Of a DNA stretch of 22,885 nt, positions 10,409-21,067 are shown in pieces (the stretch's first letter is position 1; every line of letters starts with the position of its first letter). Both the position numbers and the translations under genes were made by a program. The notes beneath the pieces are model-generated. The model did not search any database. It saw only the letters and a program-made list of their open reading frames with translations, and was not told the DNA's origin. The stretch is from Octopus sinensis (lineage: Eukaryota): NCBI RefSeq assembly GCF_006345805.1, contig NW_021836630.1, forward strand, positions 1 to 22,885, read 5' to 3'.

Positions 10409-10560
10409 GTCTTATGCCCAAGGAAAACATATCTTACATATTTAACAGTTATCATAGACAGCAAGTATTAGTGACACCGAATACTAATTAATATGTAGTT
10501 TGTAAATGTTTAAAGCAAGAAACTGATGCCACAGACTACTGTTGTTGTTTGACGTAATAT

Positions 10561-10951
10561 GTATTTCTTTATATATAGGGGACAAACAAGGACAGACAAA
10601 CGGATTAAGTCGATTACATTGACCCCAGTGCGTAACTGGTACTTAATTTATCGACTCCGAAAGGATTAAAGGCAAAGTCAACCTCGGCGGAATTTGAACT
10701 CAGAACGTAGCGGCAGATGAAATACCTATTTCTTTACTACCCACAAGGGGACAAACACAGAGAGGACAAACAAGGATAGACAATCGGATTAAGTCAGTTA
10801 TATCGACCCCAGTGCGTAACTGGTACTTATTTAATCGACCCCGAAAAGATGAAAGGCAAAGTCGACCTCGGCAGAATTTGAACTCAGAACGTAGCGGCAG
10901 ACGAAATACTGCAAAGCATTTCGCCCGGCGTGCTAACGATTCTGCAAGCTC
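10561..10951 (-). mobile_element. SINE family B dimer (one head plus two bodies)
   Basis: Junction GAAATAC|CTATTTC at 10725/10726; 10-bp TSD GACGTAATAT (10551-10560 / 10952-10961). Confidence 0.92.
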
Positions 10952-11094
10952 GACGTAATATATTTTTATGAAATCGTTACTGCTTTTCGTCATACGTTAA
11001 ACGATAGTGTTTGAATATATGTGCCTATGCGAGTATCTCTCTATATATATAAACGGCAAAATATCTGTCTGTGTAACCTTTTAGATCTGACGTT

Positions 11095-11295
11095 TCCTCT
11101 GGGTGTCGTAAAAGGCGACTGAAAGAGGTTGTGTTAAGGTTCGCTCTCCGACATCTAAGAACGTCTCAACAGCATCGACAAACAGATCCATGTGTTGGAA
11201 GGTTGTGGCCTGAGTCGTGCAAAGTCGTCATCCACCATGTGTAGAGAACCTTCAACAAACCCCCAACACTGTTACAGTGCATTCCTCACTGCTGA

Positions 11296-11327
<32 letters not shown>

Positions 11328-11343
11328 TACTACTACTACTACT
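11095..11343 (+). mobile_element. 3' part of a family-D-like retroposon ending in (CTA)n
   Basis: TGTCGTAAAAGGCGACTGAAAGAGG...CAGCATCGAC as at 8441-8514; (TAC)n tail at ~11297-11343. Confidence 0.6.
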
Positions 11344-11670
11344 GTCCTTTATAAAAATCCATAATTTTTAATTTAGATGGCTCGCACTTTCTATGGTCAT
11401 TCAGAACCGTCCAAGGGTGGTCGTGCACATCTTTACATTTCTCCAGTCACCCTGCAAAGCCATTAAAAAATCAATAGAAGTGACTTTTTTTGTGAATTTT
11501 CTATCCAAAAACCCAATCAAAATGCCCGAAACTTGATGCGCCAATTGAATGCCAGCTAGCTGTATGTGATTGGTTGGAGATTTGGACAGTACTCGCGTGT
11601 ATGTGCGCACGCACGCAACTGTATATGCATGCATTAGCACTATGACCCGGCAACGCCATATTATAAAAAC

Positions 11671-11824
11671 ACTGTGTGGTAAGTAGCATGCTTACGAACC
11701 ACATGGTTCCGGGTTCAATCCCACTGCCTAGCACCTTGGGCAAGTGTCTTCTACTATAGCCTCGGGCCGACCAAGCCTTCTGAGTGGATTTGATAGACGG
11801 AAACTGAAAGAAGCCAGTCGTATG

Positions 11825-11881
<57 letters not shown>

Positions 11882-12116
11882 ATCAAAAACTGATGCCACA
11901 TACTACTGTTGTTGTTGTTTGACGTAATATATTTTTTTATGAAATCGTTACTGTTTTTCGTCATACGTTTGCCATAGCTTAAACGATAGTGGTATGAATA
12001 TATGTGTCTATGCGAGTATCTCTATATATATATAAACGGCAAAATATCTGTCTGTGTAACCTTTTAGATCTGACGTTTCCTCTGGGTGTCGTAAAAGGCG
12101 ACTGAAAGTGGTGAGT

Positions 12117-12147
<31 letters not shown>

Positions 12148-12161
12148 ATATATATATATAC

Positions 12162-12249
<88 letters not shown>

Positions 12250-12475
12250 GCATGTATGTGTGTATATATGTTGTGTGGCTGTGTTTTCCCCCCAACATCG
12301 CTTGACAATCGATGCTGGTGTGTTTACGTCCAGTAACTTAGCGGTTCGGCAAAAGAGACTGATAGAATAAGTACTAGGCTTACAAAGAATAAGTCCTGGG
12401 GTCGATTTCCTCGACTAAAGGCGGTGCTCCAGCATGGCTACAATTAAATGACTGAAACAAGTGAAAGAGTAAAAA
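11671..12475 (+). mobile_element. SINE family A split at its internal (TA)n by a ~230-bp duplicated segment
   Basis: 5' half at 11671-11822 and 3' half at ~12275-12475. The intervening 11881-12115 matches 10520-10560 plus 10952-11125. Confidence 0.85.
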
Positions 12476-13071
12476 AAAGTATTATACATAATATAAATAA
12501 TATATATATGCATATAGACATACATATATATATATACCTACATATATATGTATATATACATGCATATATGGGTATAGGACGTCAAAAACGTAAACCAAAT
12601 GAAAAACGAGAACATAAAAACAAAAACATGGAAAACAAATTTTTTTTCGAACAACGAAAGAAACAAATAGAGAAACGAGACATGCAACATAAAGAACATT
12701 CCCTTCATCAGTTGTCCCCTGTTTTATCTACTCTGCGTTTTCGAACGTTGGGACAAGACGCGACTTCATTAAAACAAACGTTCCCGCAAAGCATATTAAA
12801 TAAAATTTGAGATTTACAGAGGATTAAAGTGGTAACAAAAGCAGGACAGTAAGAACAAAACAGTAAAAACAAATGGTAAGGGCTGTTAAGCCATAACGAG
12901 GTGAAGTGATGAATGCTGGAGAAACGAGCTTTGACAGGAGACAGGCAAAATATATATATATATCTCTAATCAAAGCGAGTGGAAGAATAGAAACTCTGAA
13001 TACACTTTTGTGAATTTCTGTTCACTTGTAATAATTATAAAAGTTAATCACTTAACATTTAAATTTGATTT

Positions 13072-13106
13072 GTTTTCGTTCAGCATACGCTCTCATATCA
13101 GGTCAC
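13072..13106 (-). other. Degenerate hammerhead-like motif in a TA-flanked island (12964-13128)
   Basis: Minus strand CTGATATGAGAGCGTATGCTGAACGAAAAC resembles the 6578-6617 motif (GAGCGTAGGCTCGAAACGTAAAAG) but the core is disrupted. Confidence 0.35.
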
Positions 13107-13127
13107 TTCTATGCCATACATCTCCGT

Positions 13128-13140
13128 AATATATATATAT

Positions 13141-13201
<61 letters not shown>

Positions 13202-13479
13202 TACATATCATCATACATACAACATATATATATTATGTGAAATAAAGATGAATAATCTTGGTAGTAGATTAATCAAAAGTTTAACCGATACCTTAGTAGC
13301 AAAAATCACGCAGTGAACAGCTTGGATACATCTGGCGTTGCAACCGTGCGTTGGTGCGGATAATGAAATTAAAACATTATTGGTGAATTGAAGAATGGAG
13401 CTGAAAACGCAGATTGAACAGAATAAACGATTTCTGTTCAATCTGCGTTAATATATTTCTTCATACCATAGCATATATA

Positions 13480-13537
<58 letters not shown>

Positions 13538-13540
13538 TAT

Positions 13541-13605
<65 letters not shown>

Positions 13606-13632
13606 ACATAAATATATATACATAATATATAT
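13128..13632. repeat. Long (TA)n tracts (13128-13200 and 13473-13632) around a ~240-bp island
   Basis: Read directly from the sequence. Confidence 0.9.
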
Positions 13633-13643
13633 GTACACACACA

Positions 13644-13697
13644 TTAGGATTCCTGGCTTTCACCCAGGCGGCTCAGGTTCGATTCCCGGCATGGGAA
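13644..13697 (+). pseudogene. 5'-truncated tRNA-Glu(TTC) copy
   Basis: TTAGGATTCCTGGCTTTCACCCAGGCGGCTCAGGTTCGATTCCCGGCATGGGAA closely follows metazoan tRNA-Glu(TTC) from the D-arm 3' side to the acceptor 3' strand. Anticodon arm CCTGG-CTTTCAC-CCAGG is intact; the 5' acceptor strand and most of the D-arm are missing. Confidence 0.85.
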
Positions 13698-13819
13698 CGT
13701 ATTTTTATTTAATGGTGGTGCTCCAGCATGACCGCAGTCAATTGACTGAAACAAATAAAAGAATAAAAGAATATATACATATATATACATATTTATATGT
13801 ATGTATATGTATATGTATA

Positions 13820-14095
13820 TGATGATGGCTGTCCACTCGTGACCGAGGATGACCATTGCTGACTTTCAGGAGCATTGTGTGCTCTAAGACTAATATTTTG
13901 CATTTGCGGCTCCGTTGGTGGCTGATGAGCCCTGCTCTTGGCAAGCATACACGACTGCAAACATTGCAGACCAAGCTTTCCCCATTCACTACACCAGCAG
14001 TGCACCTTCAAACAGCACGCCAAGTTCTTTATGCAGAATACGTGCTCCCTCAAAGATGTCGACCCCCTCCTTAGCTTCTTCCTCCATCTGGGACA
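13820..14095 (-). mobile_element. RTE-clade LINE 3' end, decayed
   Basis: Minus-strand translation across frameshifts gives WRKKL..KEGVDIFEGARILHKE and CNVCSRVCLPRAGLISHQR (RTE-type terminal C2H2 motif CxxCxRxCxSRxGLxSHxR); short (CAT)n tail. Confidence 0.8.
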
Positions 14096-14568
14096 CATAT
14101 TCTCAGTTTTATATATAGAGATTTTCTCTCTGTTGCTGATGAAAATCAGGAAGATTTCGATTCAAATATTTCAAAGATGTGAGATTTTGCATGTTCCTTG
14201 ACTAAAAGCAACAGCAATTCATATCGTAGATCGCGGATTCCCTCCTGATGTGAATTTAGTTCAATTTAGTGTTTCTGAACACACACGTGCGCGCGCGCGC
14301 GCACACACTCACACACAAAGACAAAATGTCTATCACAAAATCCACATCTTTTTTTATCTTGCATAAGCAAATGAGAGAGCTATGTTGTGGCTCGGCTTGC
14401 TGAAAATAGCAGACAAATCTCCCTTAGACTGCATACAAGTCATAAAATAAAGGCAGTATATGTTGTACAACATAGATCTGTGTATACCAAACAAAAAAGG
14501 GCGTGATGGTCATGATAGATTATAGTTTCCTTGATCAATTTTAATCTTGGTGTAAACAATTTCGATAT

Positions 14569-14981
14569 CTATTTCTTTACTACCCACAAGGGGCTAAACA
14601 TAGAGGGGTCAAAGACAGACACACGGATTAAGTCCATTATATCGACCCCAGTGCGGAACTGGTACTTATTTAATCGACCCCGAAAGGATGAAAGGCAAAG
14701 TCGACCTCGGCGGAATTTGAACACACAACGTAACGGCAGACGAAATACATATTTCTTTACTACCCACAAGGGGCTAAACACAGAGGGGACAAACAAGGAC
14801 AGACAAACGGATTAAGTCGATTATATCGACCCCAGTGCGTAACTGGTACTTATTTAATCGACCCCGAAAGGATGAAAGGCAAAGTCGACCTCAGCGGAAT
14901 TTGAACTCAGAACGTAGCGGCAGACGAAATACTGCTAAGTATTTCGAACCGGCGTGCTAACGATTCTGCCAGCTCGCCGCC
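14569..14981 (-). mobile_element. SINE family B dimer
   Basis: Junction GAAATAC|ATATTTC at 14748/14749; TSD CAATTTCGATAT (14557-14568) / CATTTTCGATAT (14986-14997). Confidence 0.92.
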
Positions 14982-15691
14982 TTTGCATTTTCGATATGAT
15001 TTCGTTGCTGCATTTGCCATTTCCTCTTCGATGCCAAAGTATTGTGAGATAAAATCTAATTCTTAGAATACGTTAAATTACTAGTTACCAAACATTTTAT
15101 TACGGAACACTCATATAGTTATTCAAATACCGTGGAACCCATATCTGTATCTTTTACGGTCAGTTCTTGCCACCATCAAAGAGATTAAACGAAGCTAAAA
15201 TTACTTTAGTAAGAGCATTATTCATATAAAAAGTATATACTTTTTTAAATTGGAGAATACGATCTCTTTTAGTATATACCACAGTTTCAGTAATTGGTTT
15301 AGGTACCCATGTAAACGCAAGCAGACATTAAAAACTCAGACTTGCCACCCTTCACTGAGCGAAAGAACTACGTTGTGCTAGTTGGAGGGGTGATGGAATG
15401 TTTATAAAACAACTTTTTATTAAATTCTATTAAAATAAGTTTTTATTAAATTTTATTTAAAGACGTTTTATCTTGCGAAGGTTTCGAACGTGCGATGGGC
15501 ACCTTCGGTTGTGTACTATTTCTTCAACGGGATTTTAATTTATATTAGTGTCTATTGTCATGGTACTAATGCTATGACAACTGACTATTGTACCATCTTG
15601 CGAAATATATATTTAGCAATGCAAGCAATCATTCGTGTCCAAGGACAGACTTTAATGCTTACCCCGGGCTTTGGAACTGCGAGCGATATAA

Positions 15692-16085
15692 ATCATCATC
15701 ATTGTTCGACCGCGGTCGAGACAATGGAATTTACTATGTTACGCCAGACTTCAACGGTCCATCATAGCATTACGGAGGTCCTGTTGCTGGATGCCTGTAT
15801 CCCTGGAGATTACATCAGGGTAGGAGAGTGTGCGCCCTCTGTTATCGCGAGTAGATGGCTTCCAGAGGAGAAAGTAGTAGAAATTACCACCCTACCCTCG
15901 TTTTCAGCTCTACAACAATGTCCAGCAAACTGGACTCTTCTAAACCTTTCACAAGAGATGATACAGGTGGTAGTTTCCCATATATTTGTACTTTGGTTGG
16001 ATGACGCTTCCATGAGAGATTTTGAGCTCTCATAAGGAGGCGAGTGTAAGTTCCATCCAACCGCCTCTCAAAATTCACTATTCTC
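15692..16085 (-). mobile_element. RTE-clade LINE 3' end, 5'-truncated and frameshifted
   Basis: FERRLDGTYTRLLMRAQNLSWKRHPTKVQIYGKLPPVS..RRVQFAGHCCRAENE..LLWKPSTRDNRGRTLSYPDVISRDTGIQQQDLRNAMMDR; (GAT)n tail. Confidence 0.85.
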
Positions 16086-16549
16086 AAAATAAGTTGGAAT
16101 TTTTCATGTCACGTGTTATCCATAAGATAGTTACATTCTTAAAAATTGCATAATGGTTCCGCAACGAAATAATTTAAAGGAACCATTAGTCAGACATATT
16201 CCGAAACGATTATGATTACATATTTCTCACTGTGTAAACGGAGCTCTAAAGAACATGGCATACAAACATTTTATGAAAACTGATCGATCAAACTATGATC
16301 GAAGTCATGATATTTTTATTTTTATCCTTTGTGTATCTAATAACTACAATATCCGAAGTGTACTTACTTTTTTTTAAAGATTGTAGTGTGTAATCTGTGC
16401 GAAATTTGACTGCTGTTTCTAGCAGGTTGAGTGACCATTTAGGAGCTCGGATCTTTTCGGTTTGAACGTCAGTTTTTTCTAGCGGTGCCATATGAAATTG
16501 TCACCCATAATTATGACCCTAGTATCGATCTATTGCATTTCAATCTGTT

Positions 16550-16579
16550 TTAGGGTTAGGGTTAGGGTTAGGGTTAGGG
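16550..16579 (+). repeat. Interstitial telomeric repeat (TTAGGG)5
   Basis: Five perfect units followed by TT and a G run. Confidence 0.95.
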
Positions 16580-16726
16580 TTGGGGGGGGGTATCTTTTTT
16601 TCTTCAGAAATGTAAATAAACCCAATCTGTTTCTTAAACGAGGGACATATTCATACGGCACAGAATGTTTTTTACCTCAATACGCGTTAGTGATTGGTTG
16701 AAATTGAAGAAAAAAAACATCTTATA

Positions 16727-17128
16727 GGCGCAGGAGTGGCTGTGTGGTAAGTAGCTTGTTTACCAACCACATGGTTCCGGGTTCAATCCCACTGCGTGGC
16801 ACCTTGGGCAAGTGTCTTCTACTATAGCCTCGGGCCAACCAAAGCCTTGTGAGTGGATTTGGTAGACGGAAACTGAAAGAAGCCCGTCGTATATATATAT
16901 ATATATGCGTGTGTGTGTTTGTGTGTCTGTGTTTGTCCCCTAGCATTGCTTGACAACCGATGCTGGTGCGTTTATGTCCCCGTTACTTAGCGGTTCGGCA
17001 AAAGAGACCGATAGAATAAGTACTGGACTTACAAAAGAATAAGTCCCCGGGTCGAGTTGCTCGATTGAAGGCGGTGCTCCAGCATGGCCGCAGTCAAATG
17101 ACTGAAACAAGTAAAAGAGAGAAAGAGA
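16727..17128 (+). mobile_element. SINE family A, full length, nested in the TIR element
   Basis: GGCGCAGGAGTGGCTGTGTGG start, GGTTCAATCCC B box, complete tail; probable TSD AAACATCTTATA (16715-16726) / AAATATCTTACA (17128-17139). Confidence 0.93.
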
Positions 17129-17677
17129 AATATCTTACAAACTATAGAATTTTCTCAAGAAAGCCAAGAGAAAAAGATGTTTTATAAACACATTCTACCA
17201 GTATACGAAGTTTAAAATTTTTTAGTTACGTGGAAACTATTTTTAAAAACTGCCGTTCAAACCGAAAAGATCCAGGAGCCCTTTCATTGGTTTGCACAAT
17301 ATCATAGGATAGTGGAAAGTTGGAATTTGTAATGGATGTTTCGTTTATATTTTATTTTATCTTATTTATTTATTCCTTGACTTGAATTAGTGGAAAAAAG
17401 TAAATGAAACTGAACTTACTGCTGCAGTGAATTACACTCTACGCCATTAAAGATGTTTTTATCTAAGGAACACGTAAAATCTCAAATTTTTGAAATAGTT
17501 AGAAAAAAACAATTATTGCATTTTCATCTGCCACGGAGAGATCGTTTATGCTGTTTCTATCTTTAGGGTGTCTTTAAACAGTGGGATGTTTTTAAAAGTT
17601 TGCAATACAAGCGTCTGTTGTCATGGCAACATACTACGACAACTAACAGTTGCATCATCACGTTAAACTTCTTATAT

Positions 17678-17892
17678 TTAGTGTTGATATTCTTTATTGC
17701 CGTGCCCTGCGGTCATGACAGCGATGGCGTTGCTGCAGAAAATGGCCAGTGACACCCGCTGCAGCAACCATTCCACCTCGCAGGGGCCACAGTTATTCCT
17801 ATTTTGCGGAGGAAATCAGGAGTATGGGGTGTTAAAATACCTGACGTCTCGGCGGCGACCGGTACAAACTGATAGCAGCCCTTGTATTTATT
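17678..17892 (-). pseudogene. C-terminus of a CRE-like non-LTR retrotransposon (restriction-like endonuclease)
   Basis: NKYKGCYQFVPVAAETSGILTPHTPDFLRKIG, one frameshift, then EVEWLLQRVSLAIFCSNAIAVMTAGHGNKEYQH*. This matches the CRE-type pattern KY...F.P.A.ET.G......FL..L...WL.QR.S.AI..GNA. Confidence 0.75.
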
Positions 17893-18289
17893 GAATTTTC
17901 TCTCCTTAAAATTAGTGTTTCTGTTGAAAATAAGATTATTGGTGTTTCACTCAGACTTCGAACCTAAGTGCAACATACATGTTGTTGTAAGTCTACAGTA
18001 GACATCTGAGTTCCGATTGCTTACTCAGACTTGAAACCCTCATTAATATCTTTGGATGCCAAAAATTTTCTATCGCAAATCGAGTCGGTGAGGCTAGACC
18101 ATAGCACAACAAAAGACTAGACATCATCACAATCTTTCGGTTGAGAGAGAGCAAATCTCTCATCTGGGGTCCGACCTATAACGATACTTTCTTCAGCGTC
18201 AATCGGGTGAATTAGCTTGTTATCTGTGGTCCGAAAAACCACAGATGCCAAACAATATCTAGTTTAATTCATGCCACCCAAAACACCAA

Positions 18290-18606
18290 AATTTACCAAT
18301 GCTACATAAGGACCCCAAATTAATGAAAATTTTACACTCACATAAAATCATTAAAAGCCACAAACAACCGAAATCACTAAAAAAGATCGTCACAAAGGCA
18401 AAATTATTTTCTAAAATGACGGACGCAAAAATGAAAAAAAATGTGGTCGACCAAATTGCGCAAACCTTGTAGAAGGATCAGAATTTCTTTTCAAAGAGGG
18501 ACAAAAATTCAAAATCAAATCTGACTTTACTTGTGCCTCAGAAAACCTGATTTATGTTATAAGATGCTCGGGCTGCCACCAAAACTACATTGAGTCCACG
18601 GGATAA
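18290..18606 (+). pseudogene. Second PLE fragment: linker and GIY-YIG N-terminus
   Basis: NLPMLHKDPKLMKILHSHKIIKSHKQPKSLKKIVTKAKLFS, frameshift in an A-run, then KCGRPNCANLVEGSEFLFKEGQKFKIKSDFTCASENLIYVIRCSGCHQNYIESTG*. Confidence 0.88.
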
Positions 18607-18729
18607 TGTGTTTTTTACACTATTCTTCAATTCGTTTCGCAATCGGAATGACTGCCAAACGGCTCATTCGTCTGTGGTTTGAAACCCGGATGGTCATGTA
18701 ACAGTCATCCCGGCTTTCTTGTGCTGTTT

Positions 18730-19263
18730 TTATGAGTTTTTAGTCCTTTTTATGTCTCTTTCAAATACAGTTTTCACAGGGGAGGTTGGTATAATCTTTC
18801 TTTTCGCCGTCATCCAAACCTCCCCTTTATTGTTGCTTTCTGGTGTTGTCTTGTAGCTTTCTGTTGTAGCTTTATTGCCTTCTGGTGTTGACGCTCCTTT
18901 CTCAGGTCCCTTCGCTGCCTCCTCCTCCTCCTCCTCGTTGGATTCTTCTCGAGGCGGATTACACTCAGCTCGGATATGTCCCTTTTTACCACAACCGAAA
19001 CAACGAGGTTTTTGCCCTTCGACTACTACGACGAGTCGGGCCTCCACCACCTCCGGGATCTCTTCCAAGGTCAGGGGCTCAGTTTGAATTGTTATTTTAA
19101 TGCTTTGCCCCTGCCAGTATTGTTCTTTCATTGCAATTGCCTCCAGTATTCATATAAGTTGTTATTCTGTAGTATTTTAAGATATTTTTGCCAATAGAGA
19201 AAGAGCCGCTTTCTAATCGAGATCCAACGCTCCTCCATTGGAATTTCAACATTAACAGCAGGG

Positions 19264-19297
<34 letters not shown>

Positions 19298-19560
19298 TGT
19301 ATGTATGTATGTATGTATGTATGTATTTATGTGTGTATGTATGTATGTATTACGTATGTATGTATGTATGTATGGATGTATGTATGTGTGTATGTATGTA
19401 TGTATGTATGTATGTATTACGTATGTATGTATGTAGCGATGTATCTCCTCTACAGTAGCACACCTAATTCTGCCTTCATTCTTGGTCACTCTCGTTTTCT
19501 CATTCTCTTGCTTTTCTCTCTGACCAGGTAACTAAGTATTTCCTTTTCATCAGCACCACC
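18730..19560 (-). pseudogene. Non-LTR retrotransposon ORF1/gag-like fragment with CCHC zinc knuckle, interrupted by (TATG)n
   Basis: ORF 18730-19131 contains LVVVVEGQKPRCFGCGKKGHIRAEC (CX2CX4HX4C, L1/Tx1-ORF1-like context). Possible frameshifted upstream pieces at 19140-19255 and 19436-19560 are less certain. Confidence 0.7.
19268..19434. repeat. (TATG)n array
   Basis: Read directly from the sequence. Confidence 0.97.
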
Positions 19561-19612
19561 TGTTTCTGTCTTCTTTCTTATGCTCTCTCTCCATCTCCTC
19601 TCTTTCTCTTCC

Positions 19613-19837
19613 TATTTCTTTACTACCTACAAGGGGCTAAACACAGAGGGGACAAACAAGAACAGACAAATGGATTAAGTCGATTATATCGACCCCAGTG
19701 TGTAACTGGTACTTATTTAATCGACGCCGAAAGGATGAAAGGCAAAGTCGACCTCGGCGGAATTTGAACTCAGAACGTAACGACAGACGAAATACCGCTA
19801 AGCATTTCTTCCATCGGGCTAACGATTCTGCCAGCTC
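19613..19837 (-). mobile_element. SINE family B monomer in CT-rich sequence
   Basis: Body matches the other B copies; head slightly diverged. Confidence 0.9.
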
Positions 19838-20139
19838 TCTTCCTCTTTCTTCCTCTCACCTCTCTCTCTCACTCTTCATCCCTCTCTCTTCCTCCCACTC
19901 TCTTCCTCTCTCTCTCTTTCTCTCGCTGGGTAACCATGTACTTCCTCTATAGCCACACACCTGTTTCTACCTCTCTATTTCTCTGTCACTCTCTAAACTT
20001 TCATCATTTGACCCCAGATCATTTCTTCCAATGACCTCTCCGTTATAGCAAGACACCTGTTTCCACATCTTGGTCCCTTTGTCACTTGCTAACCTTTCAT
20101 CCTCTGACACAAGTCCCCCTCCTCAAATGCTCCTGCCCC

Positions 20140-20437
20140 TCTCAAAATCCCTTGTCTTGCGAGTTACTTGGTGGCCCTGCCAAGTAAAAAGTGCCACGTA
20201 AAAAGTATCCAGTTCATGCTGTAAAGTGATTGGCATTTGGCATCCAGCAGTAAAAATCATGCCAAACTAACCTCACCTACGCTAGTACCAGAGTGGTTTC
20301 TGTTAGGAAGGGCATCCAGCCGTAAAAATCCTGCCAAAACAAACAGTGGCTTATGGTAGTCTTCCATCTGGCCGGTTCCTGTCAACCGTCATACCCATAA
20401 CATGCATGGAAGATGGACTTTAAGCGATGATGATATA
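20140..20437 (+). mobile_element. Non-autonomous retroposon, probably RTE-related
   Basis: AGGAAGGGCATCCAGCCGTAAAAA motif (plus a diverged tandem copy at ~20238-20265) and 3' CATGGAAGATGGACTTTAAGCGATGATGAT ending in (GAT)n, like the RTE tails in this window. Confidence 0.55.
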
Positions 20438-20439
20438 TA

Positions 20440-20840
20440 CTCTTTACTCTTTTACTCTTTTACTTGTTTCAGTCATTTGACTGCGGTCATGCTGGAACAC
20501 CGCCTTTAGTCGAGCAAATCGACCCCGGGACTTATTCTTTGTAAGCCCAGTAATTATTCTATCGGTCTCTTTTGCCGAACCGCTAAGTGACGGGGACGTA
20601 AACACACCTGCATCGGTGCTAGGGGGACAAACACAGACACACAAACACACACACACATATATATATATATACATATATACGACAGGCTTCTTTCAGTTTC
20701 CGTCTACCAAATCCACTCACAAGGCATTGGTCGGCCCGGGGCCATAGCAGAAGACACTTGCCCAAGATGCCACGCAGTGGGACTGAACCCGGAACCATGT
20801 GGTTGGTTAGCAAGCTACTTACCACACAGCCACTCCTGCG

Positions 20841-20842
<2 letters not shown>
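20440..20842 (-). mobile_element. SINE family A, full length
   Basis: Reverse complement of the 16727-17128 copy; (AGAGTAAA)n tail; internal TA/CA tract. Confidence 0.93.
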
Positions 20843-20886
<44 letters not shown>

Positions 20887-20982
20887 TATAATAATATAAT
20901 ATATATATATAATATATAAATATAACATATACTATATACTATACGACGTACCTACCGTACATACATTACACGCATATATGAG

Positions 20983-21065
<83 letters not shown>

Positions 21066-21067
<2 letters not shown>

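Larger units (their letters stand above)
16449..17273. mobile_element. Non-autonomous TIR DNA transposon with 8-bp TSD (Merlin- or hAT-like)
   Basis: 29-bp TIRs GGATCTTTTCGGTTTGAACG(T/G)CAGTTTTT with one mismatch; TSD AGGAGCTC (16441-16448) / AGGAGCCC (17274-17281); contains (TTAGGG)5 and a nested SINE A. Confidence 0.8.

Noticed and set aside
11093-11130. TGTCGTAAAAGGCGACTGAA hairpin as an HDV-like ribozyme P4/J4-2 (also at 8441-8465)
   Set aside because: The visible pairings (CCTCT/AGAGG around GTCG/CGAC) are simply nested; I could not build the P1/P2/P3 double pseudoknot by eye.
12690-12715. CTGATGAAGGG on the minus strand
   Set aside because: No closing stem II or correctly placed GAAAC downstream.
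12448-12810. 120-aa ORF
   Set aside because: Runs from a SINE tail through (TA)n into A-rich sequence; compositional artefact.
13644-13697. Functional tRNA-Glu gene
   Set aside because: The 5' acceptor strand and A box are missing, so no cloverleaf can form.
15490-16035. 181-aa plus-strand ORF
   Set aside because: Mostly antisense to the RTE LINE fragment; no recognisable protein.
16151-16188. 10-bp inverted repeat TAATGGTTCC/GGAACCATTA
   Set aside because: Short stem with an 18-nt loop; plausible by chance in 23 kb of AT-rich DNA.
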